Below the pieces are notes generated by a model, which did not search any database, was not told the DNA's origin, and saw only the letters and a program-made list of their open reading frames with translations. A stretch of 56,967 nucleotides of DNA. It comes from an uncultured Candidatus Saccharibacteria bacterium. Lineage in GTDB: Bacteria; Patescibacteriota; Minisyncoccia; Minisyncoccales; CAYZYK01. Location of the stretch: NCBI GenBank assembly GCA_964507665.1, contig CAZDPT010000004.1:1-56967 (forward strand). Direction: 5' to 3'. A program made the position numbers and the translations under genes. Positions 1 through 9,351 of this stretch are shown here, in pieces; position 1 is the first letter of the stretch; every line of letters starts with the position of its first letter.

Positions 1-137
1 ACGGAGAAATTACCTTAGCAAAAAATCAAAGCATTTATATGAAAAAAGACGAGATAAGGGGCATAAAAGCAATAGAAAATTTGGTTGTTCTTGGAATACA
101 AGACAGGCCAAAAAATTAAAATAATTATAGAAAAAAG

Positions 138-1088
138 ATGAATATTAAGCAAAACGGTCAAAAAGCCATTGAGGTTATCGGACTGACAAAAAAGTTTGGC
201 CAACTAAAGGCAGTTGACGAAATCTCTTTTAAAGTGAAAAAGGGGGAAGTATTTGGTTTTTTGGGCCCAAATGGCGCCGGCAAAACAACAACAATAAGAA
301 TGTTAACGGGATTAAGCAAGCCAACTGCCGGCCAGACAAAGATTTTTGGCTATGACGCCGAGAAAGAGACAATAAGAGCCAAAAAGAAAATCGGTATTGT
401 GCCGGAAACATCTAATATTTACGATGATTTATTAGCTTGGGAAAATTTAATTTTTACTGCTCAACTTTATCAAGTCGAAAAAAACAAAGCGCAAAGAAAA
501 GCAAAAGAGCTTTTAGAAGCATTTGGGCTTTTTGACCGAAGGAAAGATAAAGTTAAGGGTTTCTCTAAGGGCATGAAAAGAAGACTGGCAATTGCTATGG
601 GGCTGATAAATAATCCGCAACTTCTTTTTTTAGATGAACCCACTTCGGGGCTAGATGTAGAAAGTTCTTTAATTATTAAAAAAATTATTAGTGATTTAGA
701 GAGACAAAAAATTACTGTTTTTTTAACAACTCATAATATTGAGGAAGCTAATAGAGTTTGTAATCGAGTGGCGATTATTAATCATGGAAAGATTGCTGCT
801 ATTGACACGCCAGAAAACCTAAAAAACACAATCAGAAGCGCTCAATCTATAGAAATAGCTTTTAAAAAAGAGATTTCTTTCCAAAGAATCAGTTCTCTGG
901 AAAAGCTTTCTTTTATTAAGAGAATTCAGAAAATAGGTGATAAGTATAAAATATTTACTGATCACCCAGAGAAAACACTATCTTCTCTCTGGGATTTTAG
1001 CCGTAAAAACGGTTTAAGAATAACCAGCCTTAACACTCTTGGTCCTAGCCTAGAGGAAGTATTTATTAATCTAACCGAGACTAAATGA
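138..1088 (+). CDS. ABC transporter ATP-binding protein (ABC-2 type exporter)
   Basis: 316-aa ORF with Walker A GPNGAGKTT and Walker B LLFLDEPTSGLD. ATGA overlap with the downstream permease. Confidence 0.9.
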   Translation: MNIKQNGQKAIEVIGLTKKFGQLKAVDEISFKVKKGEVFGFLGPNGAGKTTTIRMLTGLSKPTAGQTKIFGYDAEKETIRAKKKIGIVPETSNIYDDLLAWENLIFTAQLYQVEKNKAQRKAKELLEAFGLFDRRKDKVKGFSKGMKRRLAIAMGLINNPQLLFLDEPTSGLDVESSLIIKKIISDLERQKITVFLTTHNIEEANRVCNRVAIINHGKIAAIDTPENLKNTIRSAQSIEIAFKKEISFQRISSLEKLSFIKRIQKIGDKYKIFTDHPEKTLSSLWDFSRKNGLRITSLNTLGPSLEEVFINLTETK

Positions 1089-1831
1089 GTAAAGAAAACA
1101 TTAAAAGCAATCTTTTGGCTGTTTGGGCGATTACAAAGAAAGACATTAAAATTTATTATCTTAAGCCCGGAACATTGATGTTTGGAGTAATGTTTCCTTT
1201 ATTCATGTTCCTTTCTTTTGCTGTCGGTAGAAATATATCTGCCTCTTCTTTAATCCCGGGCTTGATTTCCTTAACGGTTTTATTTTCCGCATCGTCAATC
1301 GGGCCGATAGCTATTCCCGTAGAAAGACGGATGAAAACTTTTGAACGGCTAATCTCTGCTCCAATTTCCTTTTATGCCGTAATTTTAGGCAAAGCTTTGG
1401 GCGGAATATTATTTAGTTTGTTTATCAGCTCGGTGGCTATTTTGGTAGCATGGTTATTTTTAGAAATAACCATCGCTAGTCCTGTGATTTTATTTCTAAG
1501 CTTAATTTTAGCTTCATTATGTTTTTCTTTATTAGGGATTATGTTTGCCATGTTCCCTACGGAAAATCCGGGCGATGTTATGATGATGCTTAATTTTATC
1601 CGTCTTCCCTTAATGTTTATCAGCGGTATTTTTATTCCGATAGAAACTCTGCCCTCTTGGGGTAAGATGGTGTCTTTTTTGTCGCCTTTAACCTACGCAA
1701 ACGATTTGTTTAGATTTGGAATAATAGGAAAAGCTCAGTTGAGTTTAGTTTCTAATTTTATAATTTTGTTAATTTTTGCCGGAGCATTTCTTTTTATCGG
1801 CATTTGGCTGGATAAAAAATTTCGTCAATAA
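1085..1831 (+). CDS. ABC-2 family transporter permease
   Basis: 248-aa multi-helix hydrophobic ORF, translationally coupled (ATGA) to the ABC ATPase. Confidence 0.8.
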   Translation: MSKENIKSNLLAVWAITKKDIKIYYLKPGTLMFGVMFPLFMFLSFAVGRNISASSLIPGLISLTVLFSASSIGPIAIPVERRMKTFERLISAPISFYAVILGKALGGILFSLFISSVAILVAWLFLEITIASPVILFLSLILASLCFSLLGIMFAMFPTENPGDVMMMLNFIRLPLMFISGIFIPIETLPSWGKMVSFLSPLTYANDLFRFGIIGKAQLSLVSNFIILLIFAGAFLFIGIWLDKKFRQ

Positions 1832-1840
1832 ATTTCTACT

Positions 1841-2047
1841 ATGAACAAAGAAACATCCAAACTAATAAAAATTTTGTGTATTTTAAGTTTTATTGTAGTT
1901 GCCCTTACTTCTGTTCCTTTACTTGTTAGTTACCTAAAAGGAGTTGCTCCAAAATATTCTGTTATTGTTGACTTGCATGTTTGGGCTGGAGTTATTTTTA
2001 TTGCTTTTGTTATTTTGCGAATAATAAAAACTAAATTTAAAAAATAA
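1841..2047 (+). CDS. small membrane protein, unknown function
   Basis: 68-aa ORF with two hydrophobic segments, packed between neighbouring genes on the same strand. Confidence 0.4.
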   Translation: MNKETSKLIKILCILSFIVVALTSVPLLVSYLKGVAPKYSVIVDLHVWAGVIFIAFVILRIIKTKFKK

Positions 2048-2049
2048 TT

Positions 2050-2391
2050 ATGAAAAACCAAAAACCAAAATTTCACGGCGTTGAGCGAGATAAAATTGAA
2101 TGGTATCCGACAGTAGATAAATCTAAATGTATTGGTTGTGGAATGTGTGCTACTACTTGTGGTAAGGGTGTATACAAATTTAATTACGAAAAGAAAAAGG
2201 CAACAGTAGCTAATCCAAAAAATTGCATGGTAGCTTGCCAAACTTGTGCTAATTTATGCCCAGTCGGAGCTATTTCTTTCGCTAAGAATGACGCTACCCG
2301 AGGAAAAGTACAAAAGATAGTTAAAAAATTTAAGTTACTTGCTAAAGCTAAAGAAGAATTAAAAGACAAAAAAGAAGACCTTGAAATATAA
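2050..2391 (+). CDS. 4Fe-4S ferredoxin-domain protein
   Basis: Two Cys clusters: CIGCGMCATTC and CMVACQTCANLCP. Confidence 0.75.
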   Translation: MKNQKPKFHGVERDKIEWYPTVDKSKCIGCGMCATTCGKGVYKFNYEKKKATVANPKNCMVACQTCANLCPVGAISFAKNDATRGKVQKIVKKFKLLAKAKEELKDKKEDLEI

Positions 2392-2404
2392 AAGAGATAT
2401 AATT

Positions 2405-3067
2405 ATGCAGAAAAAAACAATTATCTTAGTATTATTTTTTATAGGAAGCTTGATTGTTTGTGGTGGAATATTTTTAAATAAAAGCAACAATATTGATTCA
2501 AAATCAATTTCAGCTAATTTATCAGAAGTGAAGCAAAAAGCAATCAAAATTGCTACTTGCCCAACTTGTTTTGAAAAGGCTAAAAAAATAAATAATAAAA
2601 AGTATAATATTATTAAAACCGGATCTACTGCCGAAAGTGTAAAACTTTTAAAAAATGGGGAAGTGGATGCTATTTTAGCCGGTAGAACTTTAAAACCCAG
2701 CGAACCCCAGTTGAAAGATGTTTTAATAAAAGAAGGATATTCTTTTTTAAACGATCAAAGTAAAATAGTTTATCTTAATCAATTAAAAGATTATAAAGTT
2801 TATACGGATCTGGATCCAAAAGAACTTAAAAACATTTTTCCGGTCCATAAAATTGAACGAGTTGAAGATGTCTATAAGTATTTAAGCAATGGCATCATAA
2901 TTACTTCTTGGGAGAATACCGATTTTAGCAGAGCTAATACCGTTCATCTATTAGAAAGAAACGGGAAAAGAGTAAATTTATCAAGAAGAATTGCTCTTTA
3001 TTGTTTGGATGATTGCAATGAAGAAGTGCAAGACTTAGTCTTATTATTAAAAGAAAATAATAATTAA
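2405..3067 (+). CDS. secreted/lipoprotein-like periplasmic-binding-fold protein, unknown ligand
   Basis: N-terminal hydrophobic anchor ending in Cys. 'TGSTAESVKLLKNGEVDAILAGR' resembles type-2 substrate-binding proteins. Start moved to ATG 2405 to avoid overlapping the ferredoxin. Confidence 0.5.
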   Translation: MQKKTIILVLFFIGSLIVCGGIFLNKSNNIDSKSISANLSEVKQKAIKIATCPTCFEKAKKINNKKYNIIKTGSTAESVKLLKNGEVDAILAGRTLKPSEPQLKDVLIKEGYSFLNDQSKIVYLNQLKDYKVYTDLDPKELKNIFPVHKIERVEDVYKYLSNGIIITSWENTDFSRANTVHLLERNGKRVNLSRRIALYCLDDCNEEVQDLVLLLKENNN

Positions 3068-3084
3068 ATTTTAAATATTTAAGC

Positions 3085-4464
3085 ATGAAAAAACCTATTT
3101 TCTCTATATTGATTCTCGCTTTTTTGTTATTAGGAATAAGTTCTCTAATTACAGATCAAATCTCTATTGGAACAGAGCAGGCTTTAGCCGCCGAAGAAAA
3201 AGGGGAGTTGTGTTTACATTTCTTTTATCAAGATGATTGTCCTCAGTGTCAACAAATATTAGAAGAAGGTTTTTTAAAGAAGTTGGAAAAAGAATATAAT
3301 ATAGACATAAAAAGACATAATATAAACCTGGAAGGAGAAAATGAATTATATCAAAAGTTTAAAGAGACTTACGGCTTTTCTTCCGGAGCTTATCCCATTG
3401 TATTTTTAGGTGACAGCTATTATATCGGTGAAAGTTCCATCCGCAATAATTTGGAAACTCAGATTATTGAATGCCAACAAAAAGATTGTATTTGTCCTGC
3501 AGAAAAAATAGACGGAATTTCACCTTCTGTGCCTAAATCTTCTGATATTACTCCGGAAGCAAAACAGACAGTAGATATCTCTCTGTTGGGAGAAATTGAT
3601 CTTTCCGGGACCCCTCTTTTTGTGTCCACCGGCCTTGTTGCTTTTGTAGATGGGTTTAACCCTTGTTCTTTGTGGTTAATAAGTTTTCTTTTGGGAATAG
3701 TAATTCATACTGGCTCCCGAAAGAAAATCTTTTTAGTTGGAATAACTTTTCTCCTGGTCACTACCGCCGTTTACGGTTTATTTATAGCGGGATTGTTAAA
3801 TATTTTCTCTTACATTGGTTATTTAACGTGGATTCAAGTTGGAGTTGCTATTTTGGCCCTTCTCTTTGCTTTGGTCAACATCAAGGATTATTTTTGGTAT
3901 AAGAAAGGAATATCCTTTACCATTTCTGATAAATACAAGCCGAAAATCTTCAAAGATGTTCGTAATATAATGAAAGGTAAAAGATCAACCTGGGCTATGA
4001 TGGTTGGGACCGCCGGTTTGGCCTTGGGGGTAGTATTAGTTGAACTTCCCTGCACAGCCGGTTTCCCGGTTATTTGGACTAATCTTCTTGCTCAATACCA
4101 AGTAGCTACCACTACTTTCGTTTTGTTGCTGCTTACGTATCTTCTAATTTATATGTTAGATGAGATGGCAGTAATTTTAGTTGCTACTTGGACCTTAAAG
4201 GCTGGAAGATTTGAAGAAAAACATGGGCGAATACTGAAACTTATTGGAGGAATGATTATGTTAGCTCTAGCCACAGTAATGGTAGTTAATCCGGACTTGA
4301 TGAATGATATTGGAAATAGCTTACTAATATTTGTTGGAGCAATTGCCGTTTCTCTTCTAATAGTGTTTATTCACCGAAAGTTATTTCCTGACCTCGGTAC
4401 AGAATTTAAAGAAGAAAAAAGTTTAGATTCTTCAGAAAAAAATAATCAATTAATAAAAATATGA
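3085..4464 (+). CDS. thioredoxin-like domain fused to a DsbD/CcdA-like thiol-disulfide membrane transporter
   Basis: Signal/anchor, then a CPQC thioredoxin-type motif, then a polytopic domain with membrane-embedded Cys motifs FNPC and ELPCTAG. Confidence 0.6.
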   Translation: MKKPIFSILILAFLLLGISSLITDQISIGTEQALAAEEKGELCLHFFYQDDCPQCQQILEEGFLKKLEKEYNIDIKRHNINLEGENELYQKFKETYGFSSGAYPIVFLGDSYYIGESSIRNNLETQIIECQQKDCICPAEKIDGISPSVPKSSDITPEAKQTVDISLLGEIDLSGTPLFVSTGLVAFVDGFNPCSLWLISFLLGIVIHTGSRKKIFLVGITFLLVTTAVYGLFIAGLLNIFSYIGYLTWIQVGVAILALLFALVNIKDYFWYKKGISFTISDKYKPKIFKDVRNIMKGKRSTWAMMVGTAGLALGVVLVELPCTAGFPVIWTNLLAQYQVATTTFVLLLLTYLLIYMLDEMAVILVATWTLKAGRFEEKHGRILKLIGGMIMLALATVMVVNPDLMNDIGNSLLIFVGAIAVSLLIVFIHRKLFPDLGTEFKEEKSLDSSEKNNQLIKI

Positions 4465-4868
4465 CTAATAATAAATTTCCTGAAAATTTATTTTATAACA
4501 AAGATTATTCTTGGGTACGTATCGAGAATAACACCGCGGTGCTGGGGGTGATTAAACCTGCTGTAGATAAGGTAAAAGAATTCGTATTTATCAAACTTCC
4601 CCAGAAAGGACAGATGCTTAAAAAAGGAGATAATTATGTTTCTTTGGAAGCGCTTAAATGGAGTGGCCATCTGAGCAGTCCGCTTTCGGGAGAAGTAATT
4701 GAGGTTAACGATCCGCTATTTGATGAACCTTCTACCATTAACAAAGACCCTTACAGCCAGGGCTGGATTGCTAAGATTAAAATTTCAAATAAGGAAGAAA
4801 TTAAAGAGTTAATGAAGGCCGATGAAGCCCAAAAATGGGTCGACTTGGGTATGGATAAAAATAATTAA
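4461..4868 (+). CDS. gcvH: glycine-cleavage H-protein family lipoyl carrier (GcvH/LbpA-like)
   Basis: 135 aa. 'VSLEALKWSGHLSSPLSGEVIEVN' matches the H-protein lipoyl-lysine context (K66 = nt 4656-4658). ATGA overlap with the upstream DsbD-like gene. Confidence 0.85.
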   Translation: MTNNKFPENLFYNKDYSWVRIENNTAVLGVIKPAVDKVKEFVFIKLPQKGQMLKKGDNYVSLEALKWSGHLSSPLSGEVIEVNDPLFDEPSTINKDPYSQGWIAKIKISNKEEIKELMKADEAQKWVDLGMDKNN

Positions 4869-4883
4869 TTAATCATTAAAATT

Positions 4884-5426
4884 ATGAACAAAAATTACTT
4901 TATTATTGGTTTAATCGCAATTTTACTTTTAGGGGGAGGAATGTGGTTGTTAACTCAAAATAAATCTCCCGATCGGGTTAGTAATACTAATAATACTGAA
5001 AATACCATAGAGAAAGAAAATAACACGGCAAATTCTACTAATAGTGTAGGAGATAGCTCAAACAGAAAAAGTTACATTGATACGGAAGAAAATGACTCGG
5101 ATAAAGTAGTTGTTTATTTTTTCTGGGGAGATGGCTGTCCTCACTGCGCAAAAGAAAAACCTTTCTTGGAGGGCTTGGAACAAAAATATTCGAAACTTGA
5201 AGTAAAGATGTTTGAAGTGTATTACAACCAAGATAACCAGGAGTTGTTCAAGGAAGTGGCCCAAGCTTATGGAACCCAGGCCCGAGGAGTTCCGACAACA
5301 TTTATTGGAGACTTTGACCCGGTTGTTGGATACGGCAGTGACCAAACTACGGGAAAAGAAATTGAAGACATGATAAAACAATGTATAGAAGGTGGATGCA
5401 TTAATCCCGGTTCTAAACTTGAATAA
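4884..5426 (+). CDS. membrane-anchored thioredoxin-fold protein (CPHC)
   Basis: N-terminal TM helix, low-complexity linker, then 'FFWGDGCPHCAKEKPFL' thioredoxin/TlpA-type active site. Confidence 0.7.
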   Translation: MNKNYFIIGLIAILLLGGGMWLLTQNKSPDRVSNTNNTENTIEKENNTANSTNSVGDSSNRKSYIDTEENDSDKVVVYFFWGDGCPHCAKEKPFLEGLEQKYSKLEVKMFEVYYNQDNQELFKEVAQAYGTQARGVPTTFIGDFDPVVGYGSDQTTGKEIEDMIKQCIEGGCINPGSKLE

Positions 5427-5451
5427 AAAAACTTAAAATTTAACCAAAAAT

Positions 5452-5706
5452 ATGACTGAAGAAAAAAATGATTATCAAATTAACGAGAGTCTGGATGTTC
5501 GCGGAGAAATCTGTCCTTATCCAGATATTAAGGCCAGAAAAAAATTGAAAGAAATGTCCTCAGGCCAAGTTTTGGAAGTTTTAACCGATTACCCCTTGTC
5601 TTTAGAGCGCATTCCGCGAAATAGTGAAAAAGAAGGGCATAAAGTTTTAAAGTTAGAAAAAATCGACAACGGGCCGGATCATCGTATAATTATTCAGGTT
5701 AAATAA
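5452..5706 (+). CDS. tusA: TusA/SirA/YeeD-family sulfur carrier
   Basis: 84 aa with 'DVRGEICPYP' (CPxP active-site Cys motif). Sits immediately upstream of YeeE. Confidence 0.8.
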   Translation: MTEEKNDYQINESLDVRGEICPYPDIKARKKLKEMSSGQVLEVLTDYPLSLERIPRNSEKEGHKVLKLEKIDNGPDHRIIIQVK

Positions 5707-5712
5707 ATAATT

Positions 5713-6726
5713 ATGTCTTTGGTTTTTATGATAATCAGCGGTTTAGCAATAGGAATTTTATTTGGCTTTGCTTTGCAACGCGGGCGGTTTTGTATGAATT
5801 CCGCCTTTCGCGACCCGCTTGTATTTAAGGATTTTACTCTACTCAAAGCGGTTAGTTTGGCTATTGCGGTTGAACTGGTTGGTTTTTATGCTCTGGATTT
5901 TTTTGGTTTGATAGAGTTCAGTCCTAAAACTCTTTATTTATTAGCCGTACCTTTGGGTGCTTATATTTTCGGTATTGGAATGGTAATAGCCGGTGGCTGT
6001 GCCAGCGGCACAGCTTATCGGGTAGGGGAAGGCATGATAGGGTCCTGGCTAGCTTTGTTTGGGTTTGTTGGTGCGGCCTATCTGGCTAAGGATGGATTTT
6101 TATCCGGTTTAATATCAAAAATTCAGACCTATGATTTTGGAACACCGACGCTTTCTTCCATCAGCGGTTTACCAGAAATAATTTTTGCAATTATTTTTGC
6201 TGGTTTACTTTTTTGGCTTTTATTCCGACAAAGACCAAACAAAACCCCAGATTCTAAGCATCAGTCTATCGTAAAGAGGATTTTTAAAAAAGGTTGGTCG
6301 TGGAAGATGGCCGGGTTAGCTATTGGGTTGATTGGAGTATTGGCTTTTGTTTTTTCTGCACTTTCCGGCCGAAATTACCCGTTGAGTATTACTATGGGCT
6401 TTGAGACAATTGTAAAATCAATTATTTATTGGGAAAACTTTTTGACTTGGGAATCGTTTGAAGTTATTGGTTTGTTGATTGGTGCTTTTGTGGGGTCGTA
6501 TTTTGCCGGTGAATTTAAATTCCGATTTCCAAAGCCGAGGGTTGCTCTCCAATCTTTTATAGGAGGAGTCTTAATGGGGTCTGGGGCGATTATTGCCGGC
6601 GGGTGCAATATTGGTCATATTTTAAGCGGGGTTCCCCAATTGGCTATTTCCAGCTTAGTAGCAGGTATTTTTATAATTCTCGGAGGATGGACAACGGCTT
6701 ACTTTTTATTTATTAGAAATAATTAA
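5713..6726 (+). CDS. yeeE: YeeE/YedE family sulfur-compound (thiosulfate) transporter
   Basis: 337-aa polytopic protein with conserved Cys-bearing motifs (GRFCMNSAF, AGGCASGT, AGGCNIGH) typical of YeeE/YedE. Confidence 0.85.
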   Translation: MSLVFMIISGLAIGILFGFALQRGRFCMNSAFRDPLVFKDFTLLKAVSLAIAVELVGFYALDFFGLIEFSPKTLYLLAVPLGAYIFGIGMVIAGGCASGTAYRVGEGMIGSWLALFGFVGAAYLAKDGFLSGLISKIQTYDFGTPTLSSISGLPEIIFAIIFAGLLFWLLFRQRPNKTPDSKHQSIVKRIFKKGWSWKMAGLAIGLIGVLAFVFSALSGRNYPLSITMGFETIVKSIIYWENFLTWESFEVIGLLIGAFVGSYFAGEFKFRFPKPRVALQSFIGGVLMGSGAIIAGGCNIGHILSGVPQLAISSLVAGIFIILGGWTTAYFLFIRNN

Positions 6727-6741
6727 ATTTAACAAAATACT

Positions 6742-7086
6742 ATGAAATTAGGATTAATGGTTACTCGGCCGCCCTACACATATCAGGATATTGACACTCT
6801 ATATTTTTTAAGCAAGGCGGCGATTGCTAAAAAACACCAAGTAAAAATATTTCTTTATGTTGATAGCGTGATTGTTGCAAACAAAGATTTGAAGCCAGCT
6901 AATCAAAGGAATTTGTATAAAAAAATGGAAGAGCTGACTGATTTAGGGGTGGAAATAAAGATTTGCGGTGTTTGTGTGCAATTTCGCGGTATAAAACGTG
7001 ATCAATTACTGCCTTCGGGTGAACTGGAGGGTCTACCCGGGTTGGCAGATATGGTTGAGGAATGCGATAAATTTATAAATTTATAA
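6742..7086 (+). CDS. DsrE/TusD-like sulfur-relay protein
   Basis: 114 aa with an N-terminal 'KLGLMVTRPPY' Rossmann-like start and a 'KICGVC' Cys motif. First gene of a DsrE/F/H-type trio. Confidence 0.7.
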   Translation: MKLGLMVTRPPYTYQDIDTLYFLSKAAIAKKHQVKIFLYVDSVIVANKDLKPANQRNLYKKMEELTDLGVEIKICGVCVQFRGIKRDQLLPSGELEGLPGLADMVEECDKFINL

Positions 7087-7095
7087 TAAGATAAT

Positions 7096-7449
7096 ATGGC
7101 AAAAAAAGTTTTAATAATCGTAAATAATCCGCCATTTGGTACAATTTTTCCGGCTGAGGCGCTTCGAGCCGGTATCGCTTTTGCTGGTATGGATTTGGAT
7201 ACTTCGCTGATTTTTAGGGGTGATGGAGTTTTTTCTTTAATTAAAAACCAAAAGCCCAAACTTATCGGTGCAGGTAACATAAAAGAAGGGTTATCTAATG
7301 CAGAGGAATTTGGTTTGAAAATTTTTGCCGACAAGAAAAGCTTAAGAAAAAAGAAAGTTACCGAAAGCGAAATAGAAAAGGTAAATATATTAACCGAGCA
7401 AAAAATAAAAAATTTAGTCAGATCGGCTGAAGTTATTATTAATTTTTAA
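7096..7449 (+). CDS. DsrF/TusC-like sulfur-relay protein
   Basis: 117 aa. 'KVLIIVNNPPFGT..AEALRAGIAFAG' is DsrE/DsrF-like. Middle gene of the trio. Confidence 0.65.
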   Translation: MAKKVLIIVNNPPFGTIFPAEALRAGIAFAGMDLDTSLIFRGDGVFSLIKNQKPKLIGAGNIKEGLSNAEEFGLKIFADKKSLRKKKVTESEIEKVNILTEQKIKNLVRSAEVIINF

Positions 7450-7454
7450 TTTTT

Positions 7455-7730
7455 ATGCTTTTTATTATAAAATCCAACGAAAATAACCGTTGCGAGCAAA
7501 CTCTAAAGTTTATGAACAAGGACGATAAAATTATTCTTATTCAAGATGGAGTACTTTTGGCTCATAACAATAACAATAAATTTATTTCAGCGGTAAAAAA
7601 TAAAGGCGCAGAAATTTTAGTTTTAGAAAATGATTTGAACTTAAGAGGGATTAAAAATAATATTGACGCTAAAATGGTTGCTTATGAGGATATGATTGGT
7701 CTTATAGAAAAAAATAAAGTTTTTTCTTAA
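7455..7730 (+). CDS. DsrH/TusB-like sulfur-relay protein
   Basis: 91 aa. Its size, position and the 'ILIQDGV' motif fit DsrH/TusB. Confidence 0.55.
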   Translation: MLFIIKSNENNRCEQTLKFMNKDDKIILIQDGVLLAHNNNNKFISAVKNKGAEILVLENDLNLRGIKNNIDAKMVAYEDMIGLIEKNKVFS

Positions 7731-7733
7731 AAC

Positions 7734-8567
7734 ATGAAGTTACCCGATTGGATTAAGATAAGAAAATACGATAAAGAAAAATATTTAAAAACCTTGGACA
7801 TTATAAACAAGAACAAACTAAACACAGTTTGCCTGGAAGCTAATTGTCCAAATCGTTATGAATGCTTTGAAAAAAGGAAAGCTACATTCATGATTTTGGG
7901 TGATATTTGCACCAGAAATTGTCGTTATTGTAATATTAAAAAAGGACAACCAAAATCGGTTGATAAAGAGGAACCGAAAAGAATCGCGGTTGCTGTTAAA
8001 AAGATGGAATTGGATTACGTGGTGATAACTTGCGTCACCAGAGATGACTTACCGGATGGCGGAGCTGACCAATTTATAAAAACAATCGGAGAAATAAAAA
8101 AAATTAATTCGGACTGTAAAATAGAAGTTTTAATATCGGACTTAAAAGGAAACTGGGTGGCGCTAAAAGAAATAATAAAAGCCGGACCGGATGTTATTAA
8201 TCATAACCTGGAAGCAGTTAAAAATATTTTTACTTTAGTCAGGCCCAAAGGTGATTATGGATTATCTTTAGAACTTTTAAGAAAAACAAAAGAATTCGCG
8301 TCGGGAGTAAAAACTAAATCCGGCTTTATGCTTGGTTTGGGCGAAACCGATAAACAAATAAGAGAAACACTTGTTGATTTAAAAAAAAGTAATTGTGATA
8401 TTGTTACGGTAGGACAGTATTTAGAGCCGAGTCTGGCGCATTTCTCGGTAAAAAAATACTACAAACCCAAAGAATTTAAAAAAATTAAAGTAATTGCCAA
8501 AGAAATTGGTATTAAACAAACTTTTGCCGGCCCTTTGATTAGAAGTTCTTATAAGGCAATCTTTTAA
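7734..8567 (+). CDS. lipA: lipoyl synthase
   Basis: Auxiliary-cluster motif CLEANCPNRYEC (CX4CX5C), radical-SAM motif CTRNCRYC, and C-terminal RSSY. Confidence 0.9.
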   Translation: MKLPDWIKIRKYDKEKYLKTLDIINKNKLNTVCLEANCPNRYECFEKRKATFMILGDICTRNCRYCNIKKGQPKSVDKEEPKRIAVAVKKMELDYVVITCVTRDDLPDGGADQFIKTIGEIKKINSDCKIEVLISDLKGNWVALKEIIKAGPDVINHNLEAVKNIFTLVRPKGDYGLSLELLRKTKEFASGVKTKSGFMLGLGETDKQIRETLVDLKKSNCDIVTVGQYLEPSLAHFSVKKYYKPKEFKKIKVIAKEIGIKQTFAGPLIRSSYKAIF

Positions 8568-8591
8568 AAATAAAAATGTTACAATAAAAAT

Positions 8592-9347
8592 ATGACAACT
8601 TGGAGAATTATAAAAACAATTAATGATAGTGGGGCAAAACAGATGGCTGTTGATGAAGCCATACTAAAGGCGAGGATAAAAAATAAAGTTCCGAATACCC
8701 TGCGTTTTTTTACTTGGGAGCCACTTTGTGTAACCATAGGTTTCTTTCAATCTTTAAAAGAAGAGGTTGATATTGAAAAAGCTCGATCTATGGGCGTAGA
8801 CGTAGTTAGAAGATATACGGGAGGAGGAGCGGTTTTACATGAACATGAATTGACTTATTCTTTAGCTATTTCGGAAAAAGATGTTTCTTCTGATATAGTT
8901 AAGTCCTATAAAGATATCTGTGATGGAATAATTAAAGCTCTGCTTTCTCTTGGCATAAAAGCGGAATTCAAACCTATAAATGATATTATTGTCGGTAATA
9001 AAAAAATATCAGGTAATGCCCAAACCAGAAAGTCAGGCGTGGTTTTACAGCATGGAACAATACTTTTGGACTTGAATTTGGAAAAAATGTTTTCCGTGTT
9101 AAAGGTCCCTGACGAAAAAATTAAGGATAAGATAATAAAGGCGGCCAAAGAGCGAGTAACTTCATTAAAAAACGAATTAAGGCGAGCGATCACTTGTGAG
9201 GAAATAGAAAGGGCGTTAATCAGTGGATTTGAAAAAACGTTTAATATAAAAACTGGAGTCGGAGAACTAACTTCCGAGGAATTAAAGTTTGCCAAAAAAT
9301 TATATAAAGAAAAATACACAAACGATAAATGGAATAATTGGCGATAA
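8592..9347 (+). CDS. lplA: lipoate-protein ligase, catalytic domain
   Basis: 251 aa. 'RRYTGGGAV.HE' and 'KKISGNAQTRK' (catalytic Lys motif) are typical of the LplA/LipB/BirA fold. Confidence 0.85.
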   Translation: MTTWRIIKTINDSGAKQMAVDEAILKARIKNKVPNTLRFFTWEPLCVTIGFFQSLKEEVDIEKARSMGVDVVRRYTGGGAVLHEHELTYSLAISEKDVSSDIVKSYKDICDGIIKALLSLGIKAEFKPINDIIVGNKKISGNAQTRKSGVVLQHGTILLDLNLEKMFSVLKVPDEKIKDKIIKAAKERVTSLKNELRRAITCEEIERALISGFEKTFNIKTGVGELTSEELKFAKKLYKEKYTNDKWNNWR

Positions 9348-9351
9348 AATT

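Noticed and set aside
3663-3902. 79-aa alternative-frame ORF inside the DsbD-like gene. Similar embedded or antisense ORFs include 229-411(-), 8906-9319(-), 12981-13343(-), 14816-15262(-), 31727-31996(-), 38268-38570(-) and 45043-45360(-).
   Set aside because: Each is fully contained in a longer ORF that has clear family motifs. Such ORFs are typical by-products of AT-rich sequence.
9289-9351. N-terminal extension of the LplA C-terminal-domain ORF that overlaps lplA.
   Set aside because: The extension overlaps the lplA 3' end in another frame. ATG 9352 lies 4 nt after the lplA stop and gives the expected ~89-aa domain.
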